DNA of 64,000 nucleotides from an uncultured Bacillota bacterium (GCA_949284445.1 CASDVP010000006.1:48651-112650), one strand, 5' to 3'. Positions 10,212 through 20,492 are shown, numbered from the stretch's first letter. A program made the numbers and translations. The notes: generated by a model from the letters alone, not told the origin.

Positions 10212-10240
10212 TTTATAAGGCGTTAACACTCAGTTGTCAA
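10212..10240 (-). promoter_or_regulatory. near-consensus leftward sigma-70 promoter
   Basis: TTGACA (10240-10235)-N17-TATAAA (10217-10212), back-to-back with the lipoprotein promoter. Confidence 0.45.
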
Positions 10241-10284
10241 TTGATAATTGAAGTTAAAATCCTTTTATAATTTCTAAGTTGTTA

Positions 10285-10312
10285 TTGACAATTAGTTAGG
10301 GGGGGGTATATT
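10285..10312 (+). promoter_or_regulatory. sigma-70 promoter with a G8 homopolymer in the spacer
   Basis: TTGACA (10285-10290), 16-nt spacer ending in GGGGGGGG (10299-10306), TATATT (10307-10312); upstream of lipoprotein ATG 10409. Confidence 0.7.
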
Positions 10313-10408
10313 AGATTTGTTAATTAGTAAAGAACATATTTTAGGTATAAATTCAAATAATAAAACATGATATTTTTAAAAGAGTGAAAGGAAATAAAGG
10401 CGATTAAA

Positions 10409-12004
10409 ATGAAAAGAAAAAATGTTATTCTAGGCTGTTTATTAGCTTTATCTTTAGCCTCTTGTGGTGGTACAAGCACGACAAGTGAGAATACCGTAAA
10501 TGGTTCATCGATTGCACATGGTTCATCGACGAGCCTAAATGACAAACCTTCTAGCACTAGCGTTAATAGATTGACACCGAAAGAAGAGTTCTTGAAAGCT
10601 AAAAATGCGATTCAGAACCTAGATGGATATTCTTATAGCGATTCTTTACAAGTGAATCTGCAAACAGCTTTACCTGATGATTTAGAACCGAGCGGTGTTA
10701 AAAACGGAACTATTTGCTATTCTTCAACCTCAGAGATCAATAAGGTCTCTCATTATGAATTGAGCGGGGCTTTATTTTTTGATGGTAATAGGTATGAGAT
10801 TGAAAAAGATAATGTCAGAAGAACTATCGATTTAGATGAAAATGGATCTTTGAAGAAAATCACTGAAGATGAAATCGATGGTAATGAGACTTCAAGCTTT
10901 GCTAAAGCCATCTTTGAATATGATGATTCGAAGATTAAAGATGTCAAAAAAGCAGGTAGCAAATATGAGATTGAAACTACCATGTCTGCTTCGACTATTA
11001 TCGAAGATATGGTTAATATCTTAGATAGTTCATTTGTCAGGAGTTTAGTCGGTACCAACTATCCTGGCTTGACACCGGATTATTCATTGACTGCTACTAT
11101 CGTAGATGATTTGATCAAAACCTTTGATTATTCTTTAAGTTTAACAGTTTTAGGACAGACGATAGAGCTGAGTTATCATCTGCAGTTTACTGATTATAAT
11201 GACACTGAGCCTTCTTTGCCTTCAAATATTCCAGGCCTCAGTTTAAGTGATTCAGAATTACAATCTGAATTGACTAAAGTTAATGGCTATTTTCAGGCAT
11301 ATAAATCATTAGATCGAAGCGGATATGATTATAAGTCTGTCGTCGATGTTGATTTCGTTGATGGCACTCCGATTTTGACAGATGTCTCGACCACGGTCCA
11401 AGGTGAAACAAAAAGAGTCATCACAGATGGCTCAGTTTATTATGAAAATAGAGTTGAAATGGATACAAATTTACCTGATTATGATTCAGAAGATTATGAG
11501 AGATACAGAGTAAAGACTTTAGATAATAAAGTTTACGATGTCAAAAATAAATTGATAGGTCATGAGTCGACAGAAGTGACTGATCCATTAGCAAGTGATG
11601 AATATTATTTCTTCTTATCATCTTTAACTATCGATGATGTTTTCTATATCGTCAAAGATGATGAAAAAAGTAGATATGAAATAGTCTTATCTCAAAATGG
11701 GGTATCAAAGCTGATCAATCTGATCACAGATAGTACCAGATTAGATGTCACTTTAGCAAAACATGATAGTCCATTTGGAACCTATTCAAATTTAACTTAT
11801 GACACAGCGATTGTTGAAATCGGATTAGAAGCTGATGCACTAAGCGAGATCAATGTCTCATTAGATGGTGAGTTCTATACTGTTGTTCCAAATTATAAAA
11901 CTTCAGGTGAAGCTTCTTGGAAAGCGACATTAGATATTAAAGTTGATAATTCTTTAGCTGAAAAATATGAAGTGCCTGCAACTGAAGAAGACATCGATAT
12001 TTAA
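10409..12004 (+). CDS. lipoprotein with two apparently homologous domains (LppX/LolA-like fold suspected)
   Basis: Basic N-terminus, hydrophobic core, lipobox LASC, Ser/Thr linker. The halves share GYxY...VxV and SK/RYEI motifs. Confidence 0.8.
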   Translation: MKRKNVILGCLLALSLASCGGTSTTSENTVNGSSIAHGSSTSLNDKPSSTSVNRLTPKEEFLKAKNAIQNLDGYSYSDSLQVNLQTALPDDLEPSGVKNGTICYSSTSEINKVSHYELSGALFFDGNRYEIEKDNVRRTIDLDENGSLKKITEDEIDGNETSSFAKAIFEYDDSKIKDVKKAGSKYEIETTMSASTIIEDMVNILDSSFVRSLVGTNYPGLTPDYSLTATIVDDLIKTFDYSLSLTVLGQTIELSYHLQFTDYNDTEPSLPSNIPGLSLSDSELQSELTKVNGYFQAYKSLDRSGYDYKSVVDVDFVDGTPILTDVSTTVQGETKRVITDGSVYYENRVEMDTNLPDYDSEDYERYRVKTLDNKVYDVKNKLIGHESTEVTDPLASDEYYFFLSSLTIDDVFYIVKDDEKSRYEIVLSQNGVSKLINLITDSTRLDVTLAKHDSPFGTYSNLTYDTAIVEIGLEADALSEINVSLDGEFYTVVPNYKTSGEASWKATLDIKVDNSLAEKYEVPATEEDIDI

Positions 12005-12144
12005 ACAATTTTAGTTGAAGCCAACTTTATATTTATTAATACAAGTGTAAAATCACATCTCAAAAGATGTCCATTTAAGCACATTTTATCTTGTTTTGAT
12101 TTTAATATTGATATTATTAAAACTGTGTTTGTGTGTGGTTTAAA

Positions 12145-13098
12145 TCACTTAGCTTTCTTATTATTTAAAGAATGGGGTTTGAAGAATGAGACATTATCCA
12201 TCCATGGTATTTTGCTTGTGAATTCACCTTCATCAGTATTTTTCCAGAAGTTCTTTAAGGTTTCCATCTTTGCATCTAAATCATCTAAGATGTGTAAAAC
12301 ATAAGCCTCGGCTGTGAGCGGAACTTTAGCTGAGCCGAATTCAGGCTTGCCATGGTGAGAAAGGATCATGTGGATTAAAACAGTCAGTTTTTCTTCACTG
12401 ATTTTTTCTTTCTGCCCTTCTTCATAAACCATCATCGCACCGATTGATATATGACCGATAAGATTTCCTTCTTCAGTGTAATTAGAGGCGATCGCAGAAT
12501 TGAGTTCTTTAGTCTTACCGATATCATGTAATAAAGCGCCAGCTATCAGATAATCCTTGATCAAAAACGGATAATCTTTCTGTATTTCTAATGCTGATTT
12601 ACAAATGCATAAAGAATGATAAAGAAGTCCGCTGATATAAGCGTGATGAACGGTGATGGCTGCTGGATAAGTCGTATAAGTTGTGAAGTTATTTTTGATC
12701 AGAGTCGTTGTTAAAGCTTTTAATTCAGGATCTTCGATCTGATTTAAATATGAATTCAATTGTTCTTTTAATGAATCAAGAGGAATAGGAGCGACTGGGA
12801 CGTATTTAGATAGATCTACTTCATTATTTTGAACACCTTCCATGTAATTGATTTTCAGTTGTGGATGTCCTTTATAGACGAGGATTTGACCATCAACTCT
12901 GATCAGATTTCCAGGTTGAGCGATTTCTAGATCTTCATCGTCGACAGTCCATTTTTTAGCATCGATAGTTCCAGAGACGTCCTGTAACACTAATGAGAGA
13001 TACGGATTTCCGTTATTTGAAACAGCGCGGCTAAGACTTTTTATCATAAAAATTGCCGACATGACAGGTCCTTCATAATTCATGTAGTCTTTAATCAT
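12145..13098 (-). CDS. yhaM: 3'-5' exoribonuclease YhaM/CBF (OB + HD)
   Basis: NGNPYLSLVLQDVSGTIDAKKW (OB), PAA..HHAY.SGLL.H, LLHDIGK, ILSHHG, DDLDAK. Start ATG 13098 after AAAGGA. Confidence 0.92.
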   Translation of the reverse strand: MIKDYMNYEGPVMSAIFMIKSLSRAVSNNGNPYLSLVLQDVSGTIDAKKWTVDDEDLEIAQPGNLIRVDGQILVYKGHPQLKINYMEGVQNNEVDLSKYVPVAPIPLDSLKEQLNSYLNQIEDPELKALTTTLIKNNFTTYTTYPAAITVHHAYISGLLYHSLCICKSALEIQKDYPFLIKDYLIAGALLHDIGKTKELNSAIASNYTEEGNLIGHISIGAMMVYEEGQKEKISEEKLTVLIHMILSHHGKPEFGSAKVPLTAEAYVLHILDDLDAKMETLKNFWKNTDEGEFTSKIPWMDNVSFFKPHSLNNKKAK

Positions 13099-13927
13099 TT
13101 GTAAAGTATCCTTTCTTAGCAATAATATCATACACTTCTTTTAAACTATAACCATTGTTTAGAATTTTTTTGATGAATTTATTCTTTCTTTTGTAAAGAT
13201 CATTTTCGGATTTCGATAATGAAAGATAGGCTTTATCAGCTATCTGTTCTAACCTCTTACCATATGATTCATCGTTATTGAATCGACTTTCATCAGAAGA
13301 GAAATAATCGTTGATCATCTCATTCACTTCTTCTTTATTAAATCCACGTCGATAGAGAAAGTCGGTCAATATTTCTTTGCGCTTAAGAAGAGGCTTAGAA
13401 GGCTGATCTTTTTTTCTTAAAAGTTGTTTACAAATATTTATTGATAGATTGTTGAACTTATTGATGTCTTCAGAGGAGACAATATCTAAATCAATACCTT
13501 TCTTCTTTAATTGTTCAGTGATATAGTTCATCCCATATCCTGATGAAGATTTAGCTTCTAGATAATCTAAAGCATAATCTTTGTCTGAGATTATGTTTGC
13601 ATCTAGATAAGGTTTTAGCAGCGTAAAGATATCATTTTTTGACAATTTAAACTTAGTTTTAAGTTTATCAGTGATTTCCTTTTCAGTATATCGTTTAGAG
13701 GTGATAGTTTTATCTAAATATTGTTGAGCCTTTAAGAGATGATCAGCTTTTTTGATAGCCATCATTTCATTTTCTGACAGCACTTTATCAGGATAATAGT
13801 AGTCATCAGTAAAAACGCTTTTTGAGATTGTAAAACTATCACCATTTATGACTAACACGATAGCATTTTTGATCGGTTTGATCTCATCGATTTTAAAAGT
13901 TTTTTCTGATGGCTTTTTCATAGACAT
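13091..13927 (-). CDS. recX: RecX family regulator
   Basis: RYTEKEITDKLK, SDKDYA, GMNYITEQLKKKGI, FLYRRGF repeats. Start ATG 13927 after AAAGGA. Confidence 0.8.
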   Translation of the reverse strand: MSMKKPSEKTFKIDEIKPIKNAIVLVINGDSFTISKSVFTDDYYYPDKVLSENEMMAIKKADHLLKAQQYLDKTITSKRYTEKEITDKLKTKFKLSKNDIFTLLKPYLDANIISDKDYALDYLEAKSSSGYGMNYITEQLKKKGIDLDIVSSEDINKFNNLSINICKQLLRKKDQPSKPLLKRKEILTDFLYRRGFNKEEVNEMINDYFSSDESRFNNDESYGKRLEQIADKAYLSLSKSENDLYKRKNKFIKKILNNGYSLKEVYDIIAKKGYFTND

Positions 13928-15074
13928 CCATGATCCTTTCATAGTATCCTTTTTGTGAGAATAAAGAGGAATTAGTCAAGTAGGCTTCGTTAGTGATGCT
14001 AGCTTTATCTAACGGAGACATATTTAGTACCTTATCTAATTTTTGAACAAAATTATCAACATTATCATATAAGAAACCATTTATACCATCTTTGATATAA
14101 GTCATCAGATTGTAGTCAAATTTAGCTAAGACTATCGTCTTAGATGCCATAGCTTCTGAATAAGTCAAGCCCTGTGTTTCACTGGTTGACGCATTGATGA
14201 AGACATCTGATAAGTGATAATAGAAGGAAGTCTCTTCTTGTTTGACTTTACCAAGGAAGTAATAATCGTTAGGATGGTGAGTTTTGTTGACCTGTTGTTT
14301 TAAATTATCTAATTCAGGTCCATCACCGACTAGAAGAAACACGACATCTTTTCTTTTGTAGATATCTAGATAAGTGTCAAAATTTTTAATCAATTCGTTG
14401 ACGTGTTTCTCACTGCCCATCCTGCCTAAATATAAAACGATTTTCTTCTTTAGAAGCCCATTCTTTTCTTTGAACGCTAATTCTGTTTCTGAATCGTTTT
14501 CTTTTTCAAAGCCAGAGAGATCAATGGCGTTAGGAATGACATTGATATAATTAGTCACTCCATATGATTTTAAGATATTCTTAGCTTTTTGGCTTGGAGT
14601 GATGATTTCACAGCGCTGAGAGGCGATTCTTTTAACCACTGCTTCAACGGTTTTCTTGGAAAGGGAATCGATAATCGGTATTCCTTTGCTTATATATTGG
14701 GTATAGTCTCCATAGGCGGTATGAAAAGTATAGATAAGAGGAACATCAAATAATTTCGATAGCAGCCTTCCAAACGCTGATATTCCGAATTCTTGTTGGA
14801 CATGAATGATATCAAAAGGTATCTTTTTTAAGATTTTATATGCTTTAAAAGAAAAGAATGATGCCATTCTATAATTGTAGAGAGATGCTAATGCTCTACC
14901 TGGTATGCGCAGGATATGATCTTCAAAGCTGATCTCTTTTTGATTTTTCAAGCCAGTTGTGATGACATATACTTCATGACCATGGGCGTCTAAGGTGTCT
15001 TTTAACATCTTAGTAGCCGTAGCTACACCATTGATATCAGGCTCATAAGTATCAGTAAAAAGTCCAATGATCAT
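13893..15074 (-). CDS. GT4 glycosyltransferase (diacylglycerol glucosyltransferase-like)
   Basis: IGLFTDTYEPDINGVAT, YTFHT.Y.DY, LGR...EK, SETQGLTYSEAMA. Confidence 0.9.
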   Translation of the reverse strand: MIIGLFTDTYEPDINGVATATKMLKDTLDAHGHEVYVITTGLKNQKEISFEDHILRIPGRALASLYNYRMASFFSFKAYKILKKIPFDIIHVQQEFGISAFGRLLSKLFDVPLIYTFHTAYGDYTQYISKGIPIIDSLSKKTVEAVVKRIASQRCEIITPSQKAKNILKSYGVTNYINVIPNAIDLSGFEKENDSETELAFKEKNGLLKKKIVLYLGRMGSEKHVNELIKNFDTYLDIYKRKDVVFLLVGDGPELDNLKQQVNKTHHPNDYYFLGKVKQEETSFYYHLSDVFINASTSETQGLTYSEAMASKTIVLAKFDYNLMTYIKDGINGFLYDNVDNFVQKLDKVLNMSPLDKASITNEAYLTNSSLFSQKGYYERIMDVYEKAIRKNF

Positions 15075-16714
15075 TCTTTTTTCTCCGTATCATCTAATGA
15101 ATCTTGTTCTTCTTGTTCTTCTGAAGAGGTGAGGGTTTTAGTCTCATAAATCATAGGTCCTTGATAATTGAGACCTTTCTCGTTATCGATATCGATTTTA
15201 GTGCCATGCGGTAACATCTTTTCTAAAGCTTTCTTCTCTTTCATCATCTTTTTATATAGTTTAGCTTGCTGTCGTTTATTTTTTCTACTTTCTTTTCTTT
15301 CTTGATGCTCTTTATTAGCATTTAAATCTTTCATCGTCTCCTGTTGAATTTCTGGATCAATCTCATTTTTAGCCATCAATTCCTCGGCTTCTTTTATAGC
15401 CTTTGCTAAGGCTTGTTTTTGAATAGATAAAGTGATCGGTCCTTCTTGTTCAGGGATTTCTTCTTGTTCATCTCGTTCTTCCATATTCTTTTTGATGACC
15501 ATAAATGATCTTTTGACGTCTTCTTGTGTCAGCAATGGTGCTTCATCATCTGCGCTGTTATCAGTGAAGAAGTTTTGAGCACCTTTATCATCGCTAGCGT
15601 TCAGATTGAGAACTTCTAAGTCATAAATGGTGGCTGGATTACCTAATAACTCATATTTTTTCGGTGAACCTTTGTAGAAGAAGAAACATAAACCACCGAC
15701 TATCAGATTTAAATAGAAAGTTAACAAGCGCCATAAGATGTTGCTAGCGGTAGCAAAACTGGTCGATGATGAACCTAAGGATGGTGTTAGTAAATAAGAA
15801 AAAATAGTTTGAAAACCGATCTCAGGTGCACCGACGATGATGTATGACGAGATGAGATTTAGATAGGTAGATCCTGATAGACATGAGACATATGATATCT
15901 GAGATAAATCGATTCTCAGAGCATAAAAGCAGAGATAAGGAAGAGTGTTTAAAAGCAGAAGTTTTGAGATTTGGAAAAAGAGAACTGCGAAGAGCAACTT
16001 ATAATGATAAAACAAACGCTTTAACTCAATCCTATAAGTTGCTAATTGTAAAGTCCACTTTTTTCTTTTGTAATCAGGATCTTTGATGATATGTAATTTG
16101 CTTAAGATATTGATTCCAGTGTTCAAGACTAATCGATGTAATTGTCGCCAATAGGCCAATAATAAGATCAGAAGTAAAAAGAGGATATTGATGCCGAATC
16201 CGATCAGCGATAACGGGAAGATTTTGATATTTCCTAATAATTCTATCGGGATATCTTTCACATAGGGATAACCGACAAAAATCATGACGCCTGAATAGAT
16301 GGTGATCGCAAATTGATAGATGAGGAAATTCATGGTCAAAATAGAAGCGACATTCGTCCCTTTAATTCCTTGTTTTGTAAAAGTATATGCTTGGATAAAT
16401 GAGGCACCAGTCTTATAAAAACACCCGATGAAATTTCCGATTATTGAATTCATGATGCCTTGTGAAAACTTGTAGTCATTTTTATAATGTTTAGTCAATA
16501 AAGTGATGCCTAAACCATCTAGTAGAGCCATCGCGATCACTACTATAATGGCGATTAAAAACGGAAAGAAATCAACAGTTGCTAGAGTATCAAAAGCAGC
16601 TTTAGGATCGTCTTTTAAAATATAAAACAAAGCTAAAGCTGTGACGACTAAAAAGATGATGAGATTGAACGTTATTCGATAAAAGCTTCTGCGTTTCTTC
16701 TTTTGACTATTCAT
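15071..16714 (-). CDS. LPG-synthase TM-region (UPF0104, flippase-like) membrane protein with long charged C-terminal tail
   Basis: About 8 TM helices, GAPEIGF and LWRLLTFY motifs; adjacent to GT4. Confidence 0.8.
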   Translation of the reverse strand: MNSQKKKRRSFYRITFNLIIFLVVTALALFYILKDDPKAAFDTLATVDFFPFLIAIIVVIAMALLDGLGITLLTKHYKNDYKFSQGIMNSIIGNFIGCFYKTGASFIQAYTFTKQGIKGTNVASILTMNFLIYQFAITIYSGVMIFVGYPYVKDIPIELLGNIKIFPLSLIGFGINILFLLLILLLAYWRQLHRLVLNTGINILSKLHIIKDPDYKRKKWTLQLATYRIELKRLFYHYKLLFAVLFFQISKLLLLNTLPYLCFYALRIDLSQISYVSCLSGSTYLNLISSYIIVGAPEIGFQTIFSYLLTPSLGSSSTSFATASNILWRLLTFYLNLIVGGLCFFFYKGSPKKYELLGNPATIYDLEVLNLNASDDKGAQNFFTDNSADDEAPLLTQEDVKRSFMVIKKNMEERDEQEEIPEQEGPITLSIQKQALAKAIKEAEELMAKNEIDPEIQQETMKDLNANKEHQERKESRKNKRQQAKLYKKMMKEKKALEKMLPHGTKIDIDNEKGLNYQGPMIYETKTLTSSEEQEEQDSLDDTEKKE

Positions 16715-18381
16715 TGAATTTTGCTGATAGCAAGATTTACTCTACGAACGATCTCATCTTTACCTAAGATCTGTAAAACATCATAAAGTTTAGGAGCATT
16801 AGTTGAGGCACAGATAGTCACTCTGATGATAGCGATGCAATCAGCATACCATCCGTTATAAGACTGAGGATCTTTTTTATAGACCTTTCTATCGTCAGCA
16901 AAGCCATGCTTTTTACCGAGGACTTTCATATCATTGAACCAGGTCTGCTCATCACAGTCGAGGTTTAAATTATCACGATAATCGATCAAAAGCTCTTTGA
17001 TGATCTCTTTAGAGATGAATTCATTATATGGTAATGGTTGATTCAAAGCTTCATCATATGATTTCGGATCGAAGAAGCGGATCTTAGGAAGAACATCTGA
17101 GAATTTCTCATAATCCTTTCGCGGTTTTTCCTGTTCGCGTTCGATATTGATGATTTTCTTGAAACGTTCGATATCGTTATTGATGAACTCTTTGGTTTCT
17201 GGTGAGTATTTTTCAGCCCAAGATAAGCATTGTGCTGTGAATTCATCTTTGTTCAGGTGAGCTAAGACTTCTTTTGAAATGAAGGCCAGTTTTGGTAGAT
17301 CAAAGAGAGCGCCATCCAGTGAAAATTTATTAAAGTCTAGTTTGAATTCATCTAAGGAAGTGTTAGGGTGTTCCATCAACCAAGCTTCAAAGTTAGAATT
17401 AGCGATCGTGTAGAGATATTCAATGATACCTAATTTAGGATATCCTTCTTCCAAGAAGAAAGAAACAGCAGCTTCTTTATCTTTACGCTTAGATAATTTA
17501 CGTTTGTTTCCAGTCTCTTTATCAGTGACCATGATGACAGGTAAATGAGCGTATTTAGGTGCTTTAAAGCCCATGGATTCAAATAATTCGAGATGTATCG
17601 GTAAAGATGAAATCCATTCTTCGCCTCTGGTCACTAGAGTTGTGCCCATGAAATGATCGTCGACCATGTGAGCAAAATGATAGGTCGGTAATCCATCGCT
17701 CTTTAAAATGACGATATCTTGATCGTTTTGACTCAGATCCATATCGCCTCTGATCTCATCATGAACTCGGATGTGATTGAGATGGTTGCCCTTTGATTTA
17801 AAACGGATGACATAGGGTTTACCGGCTTTGATCATTTCGATAGCTTCATCGATGGAATAATGACGGCATTTCGCATATTCACCATAATATCCAGGGATGA
17901 CTTTATTAGCTTCTTGGACTAAACGCAATTGATCTAAATCTTCCTTGGTGCAAAAACAAGGATAGGCACGACCTTTCTTGATCAATTCTTTGATGACTAT
18001 TTTATAAATATCAGCTCTTTTTGATTGCGTATAAGGTCCATAGGCACCTTCTTCGTGATCACCGAAATAGCCTTCAGAAGAGATGATGTCAAAATTAGCG
18101 AGTTGATTGACTAAGTCTAATCCTGTTCCTTTGATCTCGCGCTTTTGATCAGTATCCTCTAATCTGAAATAATAAATGCCATCAGTTTGGCGAGCAAACT
18201 TATAAGCGATAAGTGCAGTAAAAAGAGATCCAGTATGTAAAAATCCAGTTGGAGAAGGTGCAAATCTAGTCACCTCAGCACCTGGTTTTAATTGTCTAGG
18301 TGGAAATCTTTTTTCTAAATCTTTGATAGTTTCCTTGACGTCTGGAAAAATGAGATCTGCTAATTCTTTATTTGTTGCCAT
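16711..18381 (-). CDS. gltX: glutamate--tRNA ligase
   Basis: RFAPSPTGFLHTGS (HIGH-like), RLEDTD, PTYHFA..VDDH, RGEEW, KLSKR (KMSKS-like). Confidence 0.97.
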   Translation of the reverse strand: MATNKELADLIFPDVKETIKDLEKRFPPRQLKPGAEVTRFAPSPTGFLHTGSLFTALIAYKFARQTDGIYYFRLEDTDQKREIKGTGLDLVNQLANFDIISSEGYFGDHEEGAYGPYTQSKRADIYKIVIKELIKKGRAYPCFCTKEDLDQLRLVQEANKVIPGYYGEYAKCRHYSIDEAIEMIKAGKPYVIRFKSKGNHLNHIRVHDEIRGDMDLSQNDQDIVILKSDGLPTYHFAHMVDDHFMGTTLVTRGEEWISSLPIHLELFESMGFKAPKYAHLPVIMVTDKETGNKRKLSKRKDKEAAVSFFLEEGYPKLGIIEYLYTIANSNFEAWLMEHPNTSLDEFKLDFNKFSLDGALFDLPKLAFISKEVLAHLNKDEFTAQCLSWAEKYSPETKEFINNDIERFKKIINIEREQEKPRKDYEKFSDVLPKIRFFDPKSYDEALNQPLPYNEFISKEIIKELLIDYRDNLNLDCDEQTWFNDMKVLGKKHGFADDRKVYKKDPQSYNGWYADCIAIIRVTICASTNAPKLYDVLQILGKDEIVRRVNLAISKIQ

Positions 18382-18395
18382 AAAATCACCTCACT

Positions 18396-19448
18396 TTATT
18401 CGATTGGCTTGATATAAAAACGACCATAAACTTGGTTGATATCTACGACTGTCATAAAAGCTAATGGATCGCGTTCTTTGACCATTTTAACAGCTTTTTT
18501 AACCTCTGATTTCGATATGACCATGATCAAGAAAAAGTTTTTCTTACCCGAGAAAGCACCTTTGGAATCGATGATGGAACAGGAGTGCGGGAAAGAACGG
18601 ATCAAGACAGTCGCTAATTGTGAATCAGAGGTGATGATCTGTAATTCTTGCTTGCGATTTTTGATGTTTAAGAGATCGACCACTTGGCTGGATACAAAGA
18701 AATATACGACTGTATATAGTGCCATCGTGACGATGTTATCCATCTTCATACTGGATTGATAGGTGTTTGTTTTTGAGCCGATCGCTGAGAAAAGCACATA
18801 GCATAAGACAGTGATGGTATTAGCGATTAAGGAATATTTTCCGACAGAAGTCGACTTCTTTTCGGAAATATATAGCGATATGACATCGACACCACCTGAA
18901 GATGTTCCGATCATCAAAGCGAGTCCAGAAGAAACACCAGTAGTTATACCAGCAAAGATTGCTCTAGCTAGATGATCGTCATAAATGTTCACGACATTAA
19001 ATATCCAATCATCCGGTATAACCTGGTTGAATAATGAAACAAAACCGACATTGATCAGAGTAAAAATGGTGAATTGCTTTGAAATTTTAAACCAAGAGAG
19101 GAGGAGAATTGGAATATTGATAACAAAATATAAAATTGAGACTAATGTTTTTTCATATTCGATCAGATTGACTGGGAAGATTTCGATGAATTTGATGATC
19201 GCTTGTGAAATACCGGAAGCACCGCCAGAAATCAAGGCGTTGACAGTTGTTGGAGCATCACCACTGGTTGCCCATTGTTTAACGCATTCAATAGTCGGAG
19301 AAATAAAGGCTCTAAAACCATAAGCAAAGATGAAAGCAGAGATCGCTTCAATAATAAATTTACTAATCCAAATCGTCCATTTTTTGGCTTGAGGATGATC
19401 TATGAGGAAAGAGCTGGTTTTATCTTCAGCTTCGGTTAACCATTTCAT
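18396..19448 (-). CDS. YitT family membrane protein (DUF161 + DUF2179)
   Basis: ISGGASGIS, YFVINIPILL, GTSSGGVD, C-terminal GAFSG...DPLAFM. Confidence 0.9.
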   Translation of the reverse strand: MKWLTEAEDKTSSFLIDHPQAKKWTIWISKFIIEAISAFIFAYGFRAFISPTIECVKQWATSGDAPTTVNALISGGASGISQAIIKFIEIFPVNLIEYEKTLVSILYFVINIPILLLSWFKISKQFTIFTLINVGFVSLFNQVIPDDWIFNVVNIYDDHLARAIFAGITTGVSSGLALMIGTSSGGVDVISLYISEKKSTSVGKYSLIANTITVLCYVLFSAIGSKTNTYQSSMKMDNIVTMALYTVVYFFVSSQVVDLLNIKNRKQELQIITSDSQLATVLIRSFPHSCSIIDSKGAFSGKKNFFLIMVISKSEVKKAVKMVKERDPLAFMTVVDINQVYGRFYIKPIE

Positions 19449-19613
19449 ATAATTTTCACCTATTAAATAACGTATATATAATACAAAAGATATTTAATTT
19501 TTCAATTACATTTTATAGAAGAAATTACATTTATTTAATGAAAATTTCAAAATGATTTTTTACTTTTGATAAATGAGTAAATCAAAAAAAAGTGTTAGAA
19601 TGTGAAAGGAAAT

Positions 19614-20492
19614 ATGGATAAACTAGACAAATATGTTTTAAGTAATTGCCAAAAAATACATGGTAAATACATTATAATCACCGGCGCTACTGGTTCTATC
19701 GGCTTTGAAACAGCGAGATTTTTGATGCTCTTAGGTGGAGATATCGGAATCACATATAGAAACAAAGAAAAAGCCTTGGCTGTTAAAGATAAATTAGAAA
19801 AAGAATTTGGTAAAGCAGTTGATATTTATCCGTTAGATCTAACAGATATCAATCAAGTGCGGTCTTTTCCACATATGATTGATAAAAACGTGGATTTCTT
19901 ATTCAATGTTGCTGGGACTTATCATCTGCCTAAAAAGATCATCGATGATAAATATGAAATAACATTTTTATCTGATTTTCTTTCGGTATCTATTTTAAAC
20001 AGGCTATTTTTAGAAAAATATCCGAATATCACAATCGTTAATACTGGAAGCGTTTCTATGTATTATTCAAAAGTTGATTTTGATGATATCATGGGAATAA
20101 ATGTAAAAAATAAAACAGTTCGATATGGTCGAGATAAAAGATTATTAGCATTAGATACATTGAATTTAAAGGAAAGATGTCCGAATAATCGCATCGTCTT
20201 ATGTCATCCAGGGGTATCGGCAACTTCTCTTTTTGCTAGCTCTAAGGGAGGGTTTAACAAAGCCTTTAACGCATTGATCTTTCCTCTGATGAAAGTTATT
20301 TTTATGTCACCTAAAAAAGCCTCATTAAGCATTGTGATGGGCGCATTTCTCAGCCTTAAAAATGATGAATTGGTCGCTCCTAGAGGATTTTTACATTCTT
20401 GGGGATACCCTAAAGCTATCAAGTTTAGAAAATCTTTATCACGCAGTTTAGAAAGAAAAAGATTGAAAGAGATATACGATAAACTATTATGA
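19614..20492 (+). CDS. SDR family oxidoreductase
   Basis: ITGATGSIG, YGRDK (YxxxK), HPGVSAT. Start ATG 19614 after AAAGGA and TGTTAGAAT. Confidence 0.85.
   Translation: MDKLDKYVLSNCQKIHGKYIIITGATGSIGFETARFLMLLGGDIGITYRNKEKALAVKDKLEKEFGKAVDIYPLDLTDINQVRSFPHMIDKNVDFLFNVAGTYHLPKKIIDDKYEITFLSDFLSVSILNRLFLEKYPNITIVNTGSVSMYYSKVDFDDIMGINVKNKTVRYGRDKRLLALDTLNLKERCPNNRIVLCHPGVSATSLFASSKGGFNKAFNALIFPLMKVIFMSPKKASLSIVMGAFLSLKNDELVAPRGFLHSWGYPKAIKFRKSLSRSLERKRLKEIYDKLL

Noticed and set aside
9912-10408. 500-bp AT-rich intergenic region as a replication origin
   Set aside because: Only one consensus DnaA box (TGTGAATAA, about 10033) and no dnaA/dnaN context; promoters explain the region.
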